From positions 1,736,001 through 1,800,000 of the forward strand of contig LSRY02000010.1 of NCBI GenBank assembly GCA_001643675.2: a stretch of 64,000 nt of DNA. The letters run 5' to 3'. This DNA comes from Monocercomonoides exilis PA203 (lineage: Eukaryota; Protista; Preaxostyla). How positions within the stretch are numbered: position 1 is the first letter of the stretch; the number at the start of each line of letters is the position of its first letter. Shown here piece by piece: positions 26,833 through 39,800 of the stretch. The notes beneath the pieces are model-generated. The model made no database searches and had not been told where the DNA came from. It saw only the letters and a list, made by a program, of their open reading frames with translations. The translations under genes and the position numbers were made by a program.

Positions 26833-29800
26833 ATGCTTCTTCTTGTGATCCCTCTTTTATCGCTTGTTATTTTACCTTATTTGCAAAGCGAACCAATAAC
26901 TGGAGGATGGGAAAAGACAAAGCCTACTATTAAAGGTTTTCATGGTCATGCAGCTGTCGTCGAAAACAATTTGATATATATTGTTGGTGGAAACGATGGA
27001 ACTGCAATGAACACTGAAGTTATTGTGTTAAATATCGACGGAACGTTGAATAAAAAAATTGAACTGGATGGAAACGTAAATTCACGAACGGATCACACAT
27101 TTACAAGAGTAGCTGATGGTGGAATCATGATTGGTGGTTCAAACAACAATGATTACTATGGAGATGTTTGGCTTTTGGACTTTTCATCACTCGAATGGAG
27201 AAATCTTGGAGAAGTTGATGAAGGTCTTAAACTTTCACGTCATTCAGCTGCTGCTAATGCAGATGGAACTTTGCTGGTTATATGGGGAGGTGAGTCTGCA
27301 CCAAATACACCATCAAACAAGCTTTACGTTGGTTATCCCGATGCTCATTGTATGCTAAACTATTTTTTTTATTTTATACTTATTTATTTTTATTTTCTGA
27401 ACAATAGCAAAAAAATGGTTATTCACAAATATTTATTTCGATTCAAATACAGCTTATCCACCTGCTGTAAATACGGAAATTACTTTTTGGTTTGTTTTAT
27501 GTTATAAGTGTTTTCTGGGTTTTTTTACAAAAATTTAAATATTATTTGTTATATGTGAACATTGCAATGCCAGGCAAAAGGTTGGAAAACAAAATATTTT
27601 CTATGTCTCAGGCGGGAAAAACGAGCAATATGGACACAGACCATCACTATTTAAGCTTATTTTGAGTGTGATCATTGAATATTTTTGAATATTTTTTAGC
27701 AATTTATGAATTTGACAAATGTTTATTTTAAACAGCTGATGATGGAGACACTTTTACTGCTGTTTTTGAGGAAGTTTATGTTCAGCCAGACGGGCTAAGA
27801 GCACGAGAACAACATTTTGCAACTATTTTCGGCTCAAGTCTGTTCTTATTTGGTGGGACAACAGGATCTTCAGTTATTGAAAAAATTAACTTGAGTATGT
27901 TATTTATTTTATATCTTTTTTTTCTGTTTTTTATTGTTTATCAATAACTTTTTCTTCTTTTTCTTTTCTTTTTTTCTTTTTTTTCTTTTCTCTTTTCTCT
28001 TTTCTCTTTTCTTTTTTCTTTCTTTTTTCTTTCTTTTCTTTTCTTTTCTTTCTTTTTTCACATTTACATTTTTCCTTTCATCATTGAACCACTTTCATTT
28101 GCTCAGTCGACAATTCTTGGTATGAATTGGAGTATCCCTCTGGAGTGATCCCACCTCCCTTGACCGACTTTGCCAGCGTCCAGCTTGAAGACTCACCAAT
28201 GTTCATTGTGATCGGAGGGTATGACTCATCCAACCTCGAAGACGAGACACAGGTTTCAAGCGACATGTGGACATACAAGTTCGACAGCTGCTATCAGAGC
28301 ATCGACTGCGCCACGTGTGCTCAGGACGCTAACTGCGGCTGGTGCTCCACAAAGCACACATGCATCAGCGTGAAGAACAACAGCCCGCAATACGAAACAT
28401 GCTCCTTTGTCGCATACACCGCGATGGAGTGCCCTGGTGACTGCGAAGGCGCCACTTTCTGCGAAGTCTGCCTGCGCCAGCGCGGCTGCGGGTGGTGCCA
28501 GCAGACGTATGCCTATCCGAAGCCGTTTGCCGGGTGCATGCCAGGAAACGTTGCTGGGCCGACACTCGGAAGCTGCGGCTCGTGGGCATACAGCCCCAGC
28601 AGCCCCGATGCGACGTGTGTGGATGTGAAGCCTGTTCTGCACATGGTCAACCCAGACCCAGTCAACAACAAGAAGCTGTCGGCTGGAGACTCCATGCTTC
28701 TGGAGTGGAAGTTTTCATCGAGCGTATACGGGTTCATTGACTGCTATGCAGTTGTCTACAAGAAAGGCGAGCCGAGCGAGACCGAAGTTCTGCTGCAGAA
28801 GTTTGTGGCTGCTGACTATCCGTGGATGTTTGTCACCATCCCTGCATCTGATCCAGACTCCTTCTTGAAGTTCCGCTTCTACGTGTACTGCACTGGCTCA
28901 AAGGCGCGTGTTGCATATGACTCCGACGAGTACGAGCTGTTCACCCCCAACATGAAGGTGACTGCACCTGCACAGGGAGAGGTTGTATACGGGCCTGATC
29001 CATACAAGGTGAAGTTTGACAGAGACGGCTATGTTGGCGGAGTGACTGTGTCTCTGTATTCAGCACAGGACATGAAGACCCCACTGCAAGTGATCTCGCA
29101 CTGGACAGAAGATTCTGAGGTTGAGTGGAAGATGGAGGCGAAGCTTCCCTCTGCAGAGGACTATGTCATTGGGATCCACCAGGCTGCCACAGGAACAATG
29201 TTTTGCCGGTCGTATCTGTTCACGTACATCACAGAGAACATCCATCTGGTTATTGAAGAGCCAAAGGAAGGTGCATTGCTGCCAGCTGGAGAGGATGTGG
29301 TGATCAAGTGGTCCTGCAAAGAGAGCACAAACAGCTTGACAATTAATTTGTATGAGCTGGACAATGCAGGTGCAAGACACAAAGTGAAGAACATCACAGA
29401 CAACGTGAAGGCCTCAGACAAGCAGTTCACTTGGGCTGCAATTGTGCCAGAGTCATCAGACAAATACATGATTTCAGTGCAGGATGTAATCACAAAGAAC
29501 GAAGCGAAGGTTGGAGGACTCAGAATCAACGCTATTTCCCTCAGCATCGACATAGCCAGTGCGAAAAAGACCAGATCAGTGAAAGAGGAGGAGATTGTGG
29601 TCATTGAGTGGGAGTGGTCAGGAAAGAGGACAGAGAAGGATTTGTATCTGTACAATTCTTCTTCATCCGCTGCGATGAGGCTGACGCATGTGGATGCGGA
29701 TGCCACGTCAGTCAGATGGCAAGTGCCTTCAGGGTTGGGCAAAGCGAAGAGCACGAAAGGAACACAGGAGCAGTACTACATCGAGATTGAGACGGCGTGG

Positions 29801-29980
29801 ATGTCTCATACAGCACGCTCGCCTTCCTTCACCATCATCCAGCCAGGCTCAGTTCCAACAAAGTCTGTTGCTGCAGTTGTGGTGCTTGTCATCTTCACTC
29901 TGGCTGTGGTGGGAGTTCTGGTTCTTCTGTTCTTCTTTGTCTTCAGGAAGAGGATGGCGGGATTCACTTCTGTTGCATAA
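26833..29980 (+). CDS. Type I membrane protein: signal peptide, Kelch propeller, two PSI-like Cys modules, Ig-like repeats, TM, short tail (attractin-like order); 5 exons (introns 27350-27407, 27490-27573, 27666-27735, 27895-28106)
   Basis: Kelch motifs HGHAAVV..IYIVGG, RTDHT..MIGG, SRHSA..VIWGG, FYVSGG, REQHFA..LFLFGG, FIVIGG; PSI-like CATCAQDANCGWC and CEVCLRQRGCGWC; TM VAAVVVLVIFTLAVVGVLVLLFFFVF. Confidence 0.85.
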
Positions 29981-30681
29981 TCTAATCTGCTTTCACACAG
30001 GCAGTTTTTTATCAGCCGCTTGACATTCACTTCTTATTGTTGTTTTTATTTTTTTATTAATTAAACTTCGCCATTTTTTCTTCTTCTATTTCTGCAGATA
30101 TTAAATTCTTGTCTTTTCTTTCTTAACACTTTGCTATGCCAAACGGCTGGTTGAGATGGGGTTAATGGATATACTGTGTTTTGTTTATGTAGAAGCCAGG
30201 AAAGAAAGTGGAATTCACACAATCTTTGCAAATGAAGATCAACGTTGATAACCATTTTGAGAGGCTTAACACTGAAATAACAGAGTTAGCGTATTCTGTA
30301 CAATATTGTTGTTCTGTTACAAGTTTTTATGAAATGTCTGATATGTTCAGATTGCTATTTTCCTTATCTTGTTTGTTCACTTCTTTTCTTCTGCCTTTTC
30401 AATCTTATCTCGTCTATCAATTGAGTTTTTCCTTTTTCCTTTGGATTTTAACGTCATTTTCAAATTCTTTTCTCAATCACTTTCACCTTTATCTCATCAT
30501 TTTGTCATTCTAAACTTTCAAAGGCTGATTGCTCGTGAGTGTTGCCTTTGTTTTCAACTTTTTAAAAAAGCTAACTTTTCACCAACAATTTATGGCTAAT
30601 CTATTTTTGAAGATTTTTTATTCCAAATCAAGAGATGAAAAATTAGATGAATTGTGAAGTGAGTTGAAATGGTTGGAGAAG

Positions 30682-31087
30682 TTAGCGTTTTTTTTCCTCA
30701 TCATCTTCTTTGGCATATTCGCATTTAATCACATCGTTTAATGAAATGATTAATTTCCAATAGCGTTGGGTCTGAGGTAAATCATTCCCTGAAAGAAAAA
30801 GTTATAAAAGGAAAATATTGAAAATAAAGATGGCGAAAAAATGAAATCTTTATTCTAACCTGGAAGAAAACAATATTCTACAACATCCTTCAATATAAGA
30901 TTGCCAAAACTGTCAATACAATGGAGATTTCCATCAAATACTCTAAGATCTTTCAATGTGAGTCTCAATTGCTTTCCAAGTAAGTTTTCCAAAGTTTTCC
31001 CTTCCATTTCATCTGCCTATAACAAGCAATAAATAAAAAGCTTCAATTTGAAGCTTGAAATCTCAAAATAAAATAGTTATCTACCAT
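30682..31087 (-). CDS. Small Sm/LSM-fold protein (88 aa), resembling Naa38/Mak31-type LSM proteins; 3 exons (introns 31084-31017, 30859-30789); not in the ORF track
   Basis: Spliced: M|ADEMEGKTLENLLGKQLRLTLKDLRVFDGNLHCIDSFGNLILKDVVEYCFLPG|NDLPQTQRYWKLIISLNDVIKCEYAKEDDEEKKR*. Shows the Sm1 motif (L.D.R...G.L...D...NLIL) and an Sm2-like strand. Confidence 0.75.
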
Positions 31088-31166
31088 TTTGTTTTCACAT
31101 AAATAATTAAGGCACGTCTCAAACCATACTATTTATAATTAATAACTATATTGCTTCTTGCAAGAA
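31088..31166. promoter_or_regulatory. Probable bidirectional promoter between the LSM gene and GPN1
   Basis: Only 79 bp separate the divergent start codons. Confidence 0.55.
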
Positions 31167-32895
31167 ATGTCCGAAATGCAATCAGATTCTACAGATGCAA
31201 CAGCGCGCAGCGGAAAAGTTCCAACTGTTATTTTGTTTGTTGGGATGGCTGGTTCAGGGAAAACAACACTTTTGCATTCTGTTTATCTCCAGTTAAAAGG
31301 AATTGGAAAGAAAGTGTATCTTATAAATCTTGATCCAGCAGTTGCTCATGTTCCATATTCGCCTCGTATTGACATTCGTGATACTGTTGATTATAAGCAG
31401 GCTATGAAACAGTTTGAACTTTTGATAGTTTTTTTCTCACGAATTAATTTAACAAACAATAGATATGGACTTGGACCAAATGGTGCAATTCTTACTTCAC
31501 TTAATTTGTTTGCTACGAGATTTGATCAAGTTATTTCACTTTTGGAAAAGAAAACACAAATTGAGTTTGTTAAATGAGAATGCTACTTTATTAACAAATT
31601 GTTTGTGAAACAGTTATGTTTTAATTGATACACCAGGACAAATTGAAGTATTTACATGGTCGGCTTCTGGTCAGGTTTGTTATTTATGTTGTAAATACAA
31701 TATAATGTTTTTAAATGTGTATTTTTGTTTTTTTGTTTATAAGATTATAACTGAAGCAATGGCTTCTTCATTTCCAACAATCATATCATATGTTGCGGAT
31801 ACACCTCGTTCAACGCGTCCTGCAACGTTTATGTCAAATATGTTATATGCTTGCAGCGTGTTTTATAAGACAAAACTACCACTTATAATAATGTTCAACA
31901 AAACAGATGTAACTCCTTCTGAATTTATTGACAAGTGGATGAGCGATATTGATGCCTTTCAAGAGGAAATAAAGAAAGATGATGTTTACTTTTTTAATTC
32001 AATAATCTTTTACATTTTTTTTTCACAATTTTTTTCAACATGAATATCAATTGATTGCTGATAGACATATATGGGTAGCCTTGTCCATTCAATGAGTTTA
32101 GTTCTTGAAGAGTTTTATTCTTCATTGCAGGTTTGATTTTTTCCTTTTCCCCTTCTTTATTAAACCTTTGTGCAATTTATTCCCTTGTTTTTTTCGGTGA
32201 AAACATTTTGTTTTTTGAATATTTTTTATAAAAACAATATGAATATCTGTAATGGAATTGTTAACATTTCAGCATATTGCTGTATCGGCTGTGTCTATGG
32301 CAGGGCTGGGCAAACTTGATGATATGTTTTCGAAAGCAAGAGAGGAGTATTTTACAGAATTCGTTCCTTATCTCGAAATGATGAAGCAAAAGAAGGTTTA
32401 ACAAAACTTGAAATATTTCTTTTTTCTTTTTCTTTTTCTTTTTCTTTTTCTTTTTCTTTTCTTTTCTTTTCTTTTCTTTTCTTTTTTTATTTTTATTTTT
32501 TTATTATTTTTTTGAATATTATGAATAAACATTGTGTTTATTTTCTATATTTCTTTATTGTTGTGAACTGAATTTTTTTTAATTTATTATTATTTTTATT
32601 ATTTTAGAAAGAGGAAGATGAAAAGCACCAAGCTTCTGAATTCGAGAAAGTGATGCACGACATGAAAGAAGACGATTCTTCAATCTCTCAAGAGAAAAAG
32701 GTATCTTCTCAATCCTCTGATAAAAAGAGTTCGTCATCATCGACTGCTTCAAATGAGAAAAGTGATGAAGATGAAGAAAACGAGGAAAACAAGAATACAG
32801 TAACCCCCGAAGACGAGCTGCCTGTACAGTACACAGGCGTAAGAACAAGAGAAGTCATTCCTTCAATTAGATCTGCATTTGATGAAGATAGCTGA
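31167..32895 (+). CDS. GPN1: GPN-loop GTPase 1 (XAB1/Npa3); 7 exons (introns 31412-31462, 31565-31613, 31675-31743, 31984-32064, 32131-32272, 32396-32607)
   Basis: [77 protein letters not shown]. Confidence 0.95.
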
Positions 32896-33009
32896 ATTAA
32901 TAAAATAGGACATCAACTTTCGTAAGGTAATGACAAATATTTATGATTTGTTACCTTTCATTTCATCATTTCATTTGCATTTCATAAAAAAGAAAATTTT
33001 AAGTTAAAT

Positions 33010-34003
33010 ATGGGAGCTAGTAATTTTTTCTTTTTTTTCATTTTTGATGGAAGAGCTTACTGAGCAAGGTAAATTGTGTTTTTAATACTTGAAAATACTA
33101 GTTTATTTTCCAATAATGTTTGTCGTTTATATAGAGATATTGGAATTAAAGGAATCATTTTCGTTGTTTGACAAGGATGGAAGCGGCCAGATTGATGAAA
33201 GTGAATTAAAAGTTTGATTAGCTATGTAATTTATAATTTAGTTCATATTTTTTTTGAATTTAGGCAGTTATGAATGATTGCCTTGGCTTGAAAATGACGG
33301 ATGACGAATTGCATGATTTAATGAATGAAATCGACACCAATCAAAATGGGCAGATTGACTTTGGTTTTACTAATTTTTTTATCAAATGTTTTCTATTATT
33401 TATTATTTTCTTCTTCTTGTATGCGATCAGATGAGTTTTGTACATTAATGGCTAAAAATTGGTCTGGAACACTTGATAGCGAAGAAGAAATTCTTGATGC
33501 ATTTCGCGCATTCGATACAGATGGATCTGGATCCATTTCAGTTGATGAATTTCGTCTATTTTTTTCGAAATTGAGTTGGAATTTAACAAATGAGGAGGTA
33601 TATTGAAGTTCATTATTTTAATTTTAAAGGACATTTTCTCATTAAGATTGAAGAAATGATTGCCGACATAGATTCCAATCATGATGGAGAAATTGACTAC
33701 AGGTATTTTTTCTGTTTAATCTTGTGTTTTTATGCTCATATTTTTTTCAATAGGGAGTTTGCTCAAATGCTCTTTAAAGGGGAATACTCCTCAATGTATG
33801 CAGTTAAAAGATCTGAAATGAGCCACCGTTCAAATTCGATGGCCTCACGTGCAACTTTTAAAGATAAGGATAGCATCGGAAAAGAAACTCAACGATCTTC
33901 AGAACAAGAAAAAGAAGATAATAAAGAAATTAAAAAAGATATATCTTCATTTGAAATTGACCAAGAAAGTTTTCATGGAAATGAAGAAAATGTTAATGTT
34001 TGA
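33010..34003 (+). CDS. Calmodulin-like four-EF-hand protein with a C-terminal extension; start at 33010 (through a 34-nt intron) or 33047
   Basis: EF loops DKDGSGQIDESE, DTNQNGQIDFDE, DTDGSGSISVDE, DSNHDGEIDYRE joined by short GT-AG introns. Too divergent to be canonical calmodulin. Confidence 0.85.
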
Positions 34004-34161
34004 CATATACACATGTCATTTTCAAAATATTTTCATTTCACAATTTTTTTTGTGTTATTGATCCTAAATTCCATTACAATTTTTTATTTGACGCTTAAAT
34101 AAGATCTTTGAAACATACTTTTTGGCTAAGATAAAATCTTAAAAAATATCATATCCTCAGC

Positions 34162-34734
34162 ATGATTGCATCACGTTCAAAGATTTTGAAGAAGAAAGGA
34201 CAAGAGCCAAATGGACTCGAAATGTCGATTGCCCAGACCTTCTACGATATTGAACACAGCGGTTCATCAATTAACAGACGAATTGCTCCTCTGAAAATTG
34301 CTGGAGCTCGCGAATTCATCGTTTCACCAAAAAAGAAGGCACTCATCATTTTTGTCCCCTTCGCCCAACTCGCAGCGTATCGTAAAGTTCATACTCTTCT
34401 TGTTCCTGAATTGGAAAAGAAAATGCCAGGAAAGAGTGTTGTTATCGTTGCAAAGAGACGTGTTATCCCAGAGCCACCACGTGGACATAAATATTCACAA
34501 CCAATTCCAAGATCCCGCACTGTGGCAGATGTCCAAGAAAAGATTCTTGATGACTTGGTTTATCCAACTGAGATCATTGGAAAGCGCATTCGTCATCGCG
34601 CAGATGGAACACAACTTATGAAAGTGCATCTCGGACAAAGAGACAAACATGAAATTTTGCACAAACTCGACGTGCTCGAAAAAGTTTATCTTAAATTGAC
34701 TGGAAAGCACGCCACTTTTGAGTTTACTTATTAA
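34162..34734 (+). CDS. RPS7: 40S ribosomal protein S7 (eS7), intronless
   Basis: KKALIIFVPF, LVPELEKK, VVIVAKRRVIP, PRSRTVADVQEKILDDLVYPTEIIGKRIR, VYLKLTGK; 190 aa. Confidence 0.95.
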   Translation: MIASRSKILKKKGQEPNGLEMSIAQTFYDIEHSGSSINRRIAPLKIAGAREFIVSPKKKALIIFVPFAQLAAYRKVHTLLVPELEKKMPGKSVVIVAKRRVIPEPPRGHKYSQPIPRSRTVADVQEKILDDLVYPTEIIGKRIRHRADGTQLMKVHLGQRDKHEILHKLDVLEKVYLKLTGKHATFEFTY

Positions 34735-35003
34735 ATAAAAAAACAGGTTTTATCTTCAACACATAACATTTTCAAGTTTTAGAAGTTCGTTTTTAAGAAC
34801 ACTTCCTTTCTTCAATACAAAGTGTTTTGCTCTGGATATTGATTAAAATAATTCATTTTATAAAATGAGATAATGCTTAACTATTTTAAATTATTTTATC
34901 ATATAAATTTTCTAATTTTTAACCACTGAAAAGAGTATTATAACTTCAACAAAATGGTGATAATTGTAATTGAAGAATGGAATTGTGATCTTAAAGTTTG
35001 ATC

Positions 35004-35788
35004 ATGGAAGACGATGAAAAAGTTACTGAATATCTTTTAAAAGTTTGCGCTCAAAAATTGAAAAATATTTTTAAAATGTAATTTTGCCTTTTGAAATAGA
35101 TTCTTGTTGTTGGAGATTTAGGAGTTGGAAAAACAAGTTTAATTCAAAGATATGTTCACAATATATTCAACAGAGAATATAAAACAACCATCGGAGTAGA
35201 TTTCGCATACAAATTAATTCAGTTGGATCAAACAAGAGTTGTGCGACTTCAACTGTGGGATATTGCTGGACAAGAACGTTTTGGTAATATGACGCGTGTT
35301 TATTACAGAGAAGCTGTTGGAGCGTTAATTGTTTTTGATTTAACTCGTCCAGCTACTCTTGATACAGTTAAAAAGTGGAAGGCTGATATTGATGCAAAAG
35401 TTCGGCTCCAAGATGATCATGAATCTCCAATTCCAGTTGTTCTTCTGGCAAACAAGGTGTGTCATATTTTTAATTTGTTTTTTGTGAACATCTTATTAAT
35501 AACGACTTGAAATAGTGCGACATGGTATCAGGATCTATTAATCCTGCACAGCTTGATGCCTTCTGCCGCGAATTTCGCTTTGCAAGATGGTTTGAAACTT
35601 CAGCAAAGGATGGCACAAACGTCGAAACGGCCATGAACTTTCTTGTTCAAACAATCTTGGAAACAGAGAATCAAGCGCAGGAATATGGGGATCAAGAAAG
35701 AGGAATGGATGACAATGGATCTGGAACAAATCCTGAGGTGGTTGACATTCAAAATTCAACTGAGAAAAAAAGTGGATGTTCTTGCTGA
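35004..35788 (+). CDS. RAB32: Rab32/38-subfamily GTPase; 3 exons (introns 35043-35099, 35457-35515)
   Basis: GDLGVGKTS, TIGVDFAYK, the diagnostic WDIAGQERFGNMTRVYY, PVVLLANKCD, WFETSAK, C-terminal CSC. Confidence 0.9.
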
Positions 35789-36832
35789 GACGTGTGGAGA
35801 ACAATCGAGTTAGAGGGGAAAATATTATAGAGTTTCAAAACACATGTGGGAGTTCTTCGATATTCAATTCACTGTTTCTTTTTTCCTTTTTTTCATCATA
35901 TGAGTTTTATCATTTCTGGCTATGACACAATTCATTATTTATTTCTGCTCTCTGTATTCAGTTCCTTTTTTAACTGTTTTTTTTTTTTTTTTTAAGTTAA
36001 ATTCGTTCTTTCACATTTCTTATTGATTGTTCTTTTGTACTTAATTATTTATTTGTATTCGCGAAAATAAATTGTTTGAAGGTAATCTAACTTTGTGAAC
36101 AGGAGTGTTTTTTTTCTTATTTATCTTTTTTTTGTCATGTTTTTGATTGACTTTTCTGGAGCTTATCGTTTATGCGCTTGTTTTCTTCCTTTGTTCGTTT
36201 ATAACTGTTACATATTTGTATATATTTGGACTCTGAATATCAATTCATTGGCTTATTTTGAAGCGCACGTGATGAGGACTTTTTGAAATATTGCCATTTG
36301 ATGGATGTTGCTCTGAACACTTGAAAGAACGCCTTTTTTTATTGTTTTTGAAAAGAAATAATTTTTTTGTTATTGTTTTTCATTTGTTCATTCAACGTTG
36401 TTATGACTTCCGAATCTCAGAATTACAAACTACAAATTTGATTTTATTTTTTCCTCATTTCTTTCATAACTCCAGTACAACCTTTTTATTTTATTTTATT
36501 TAAATTTAATTTAATTTTCTCCAACTCCCACGTATATACATATTTTTTTTTTTTTTTTGTAAAATGGTCAAACTTTGTTTTGGACTGAAATAGAGGTGTA
36601 AATCATTACAAAATCGTCTTGCCTTGAATTTGTAAAATTATTCCTTTTTTCATATCAAGCAAATCAAAAAAAAGCAAGCAAAGCTTTTTGTTGTAAATGA
36701 AAAAAAGTGAGTATAAAACAATATTTTTTTATGATTATTTTTATTTAATGGAAAAGAAAAATAAACATAATAAAAAACGACTTTCCACAATCATCAAAAA
36801 AAAGAAAAAAAAAGATGCTACCGTGTTGTGCT

Positions 36833-39800
36833 TCATGCCTTTTGCGACTGGACAAACATTTCATTTAGCAACTTCAGGAAAGGCAGGTCATCAACACTCG
36901 TTTCGTTCATTGACGGATGGAAATGTGACAGAAATTGAGGCGCTGAGCAACACCAAACAAGTCCATCAAATCCAAATTTCGGAAGAGGAAAGGCTTCATC
37001 AAGAGAAATGTTTGATTTGTTCTGAAGTGGAATTTTTGGATGGAATGCTGTTGGATCGCAGATGCAGTCCATCACTTCACCAAATGAACCAAATTGCACA
37101 GAATGAGAAGAAGATGAGGAATAAGAGGAGGAATAAGAAGAAGAAGATGATGATGATGAGTTATTTGATGTGTGTTCCGCAGTTATTGTTTCTCCTTCCC
37201 ATTCTTTTGTTATCAGAACAGCTCTCCTGTAAAAGCGAGCAAACGAAGGAGTGTGGACAACGCGGCAGACAGAAGACAAGAAAAGAGCAGAAACAAGTCT
37301 TGTCGCAATCACAGCGCTTGTCAAAGGCGAAAGCAGAACAGAAGAAAGAGAAGAGAGATTGTGCGAGGAAGAGAATGAGCTGAGTGTGTTGTTTTCATTG
37401 GAGTAATATGAATGATTTGATGAAGAAGAGGAAGAGGAAGAGGAAGAGGAAGAAGGATGAGGTGTTGTTGTTAGTGTTTCCAATGAATTTGATGAAGATT
37501 CATTCCGAGCACAAAGTGAATTGTATTCAAAGTCTTCAATTTGGCAATTTCCCTCGAAAAGAACGTCAGATAAACCAAACAATGGCTTGCTTAGTGACAT
37601 CAGCTGCGCAACGAGTGTTTGTGCAGATTTATCTGAAAAGAAGTGAGAAGAAGGACGCTGTGCTTGTGAATCAATGATGTGGGACATCAGCGAATGCACA
37701 GCGAACAGCAATGGAGAGTGAGAATTCACAGAAGACAGATTGCATATTGAGTTTTGTGAGGTTTTGTTGGAGATTTCAGTTTTTGTAGCGGAAGAATTCA
37801 TTCTTGTTGATGCTAATTTCTGTGACTCTTTGTGAATTCTTGTTGATTTGCATGAACCAGAAGCGCTGCTGTTGCCAGAGCAGCCACAAACAACAAGCCA
37901 TCTTCTGCTTATTGCTTCTGAAATGAGAACTGAAGCAACATAAGATGAAGTGGAGTCAGTCAAAAGCTTGTGGCATGTTGTCGCGTGGATGCACAGAGTC
38001 CATTTCGGCTTGTGGGCTCTGTCTTCACTGAAAAATGACTTGAAACTGTCTCGCTTGCCATCGCTCTGATCTGATGTTTGCTTATTTTCATTCGCCTGGA
38101 AGTTGCCATCGCTTTCTTTTGTATTCTCTCCTTCATTTTCCTCTTCAATGTCCATTTTATTCCATTCATCTTTCCCTTTCTTTTTGTCATTTCCTGTTAA
38201 TTCTTTATCCTCATCATCATCATTGTCATTATCATTCGTCCCTTCTGCTTGAGCACTTGTTGAATCGCTAACACAACAGATGAAAAGAAGCCGTGCGAGT
38301 GTAAGCAAGTCAAGATGGATCGTCGGATCAACAAAGATAACTCCGCCTGTTGGGAACAGGAAAGGTGATTGCACAGAACAGTTCTTATCAGCATCTTCAT
38401 CATCATCATAGTTGCTCTCTTCTTCTTCAGAGCTTTGAAATACCTCAATCAGCTCCAAGCATCCCGTGGAAGGTAGTCGTGTGCATGTCAAGCTCTGATG
38501 CACTGCTGCAAGTACCGAACGAGCTGCAGCGTATGAAGAACTAATTGTATGGGCACCCTCGCTCGACCCGGTGTTCATGTCGTACCACACATTCGGCTGC
38601 ATCTCGAATCTGTTGGTAGCATTTGGTGGGTTTTTGGGTGTGCTCATCTTCTCCTGCACCGCAGAGAGAGACGCACCCAGCCAGGAGAGGTCGCTGAGAG
38701 CAGAGAAGGAGTAGAAAAGCGGCTGGTGGTGTGCCGAGTGGAGGAGCGGGGCATAGCAGGAAGAGATGCGGTGGTAGTAAGCAGGGTCTGTTGCACGAGA
38801 CGAGAACTGCGCAAAGAATGCAGTTTCGTAGAAAGAGGGGATCAGCACGAGATCAACAGCGCCAACTGGAAGCGAAGAGGACAGAGAGAGAAGCGGAGGA
38901 TATTCAGAAGACCACACTTCGGTGAATGGGAACAGCCTTTTGCAGACATCGTCAACAAGCTGCTTGGCTTGCTGGGATTCTGATTCATCGGAGCCATTTG
39001 TATTTGAATAGAAATCTGGAAGTGAATCAGCAGTCACAATGAAAACCTTCAAAAGTGCAAGATCTGAAGTGACTGGATGTGGCAATGAAGAAATTGGCTT
39101 TGGAGAAGAAGAAGCTTCGACTTTGGAATTGTCCAATGAGAGAGCATGAGGTGCTATAGGTGCTATTTCATTGTGAGTATCTTGCAAAGGAGATGATGGA
39201 GATGCTGCCTTTCCTGAAACAGACCCAACTTTCTGAGCATTCTCATTAGCCTGTGCAGAAGGAGGTGAAATGATAAGTGACTGTGCATTTGTAACTGGAA
39301 CAGGCAAAGACCGCTCTTGTGCTGTGCGCATGTTCAACCGCAGGCGCAGCTGGGAAAGGCCAGTGAAAGACAGCGGGTGAGATGCCAGCTTGGCAGAGTT
39401 GAAGGCAGAAAGCACGGGCTGTGCAGAGGCAGGCGCTGCTGCTATTTGAGAGCGGCTCATTGTGTTTGGATGAGAGTAAAAAGCTGTTAAAGGAGATGGT
39501 TGTTGAGAAGTCATGAAGTTGTACATTTGTGGAGGAAGGGTCGAATAGGATGTGTTGTTTGATGAATGATACAAAGCAGTCGCAGAATTAGACTGGTTAT
39601 GAAGAGTCATTCCTTGCTGACTGTTTCTGGATGCTATTTGCATCTGTCTGTTACCATCATGTTTCAGTTCAATTGCTTCGCTGTTTGCTTCAGCGCCATT
39701 TCCTGCCGCAATTGAGGTGTCTTCCTTTGGCTTCAGCTTTGTTCCAGAAATGTTCAGAATAAATTTTCCGCTTTCAGCCTTTTGTGGATTGTTCTTTGCA

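Noticed and set aside
36269-36317. GTGATGA...CTGA as a possible box C/D snoRNA
   Set aside because: Only about 50 nt, no terminal stem, and no rRNA-complementary guide I can recognise; a snoscan/Infernal run would be needed.
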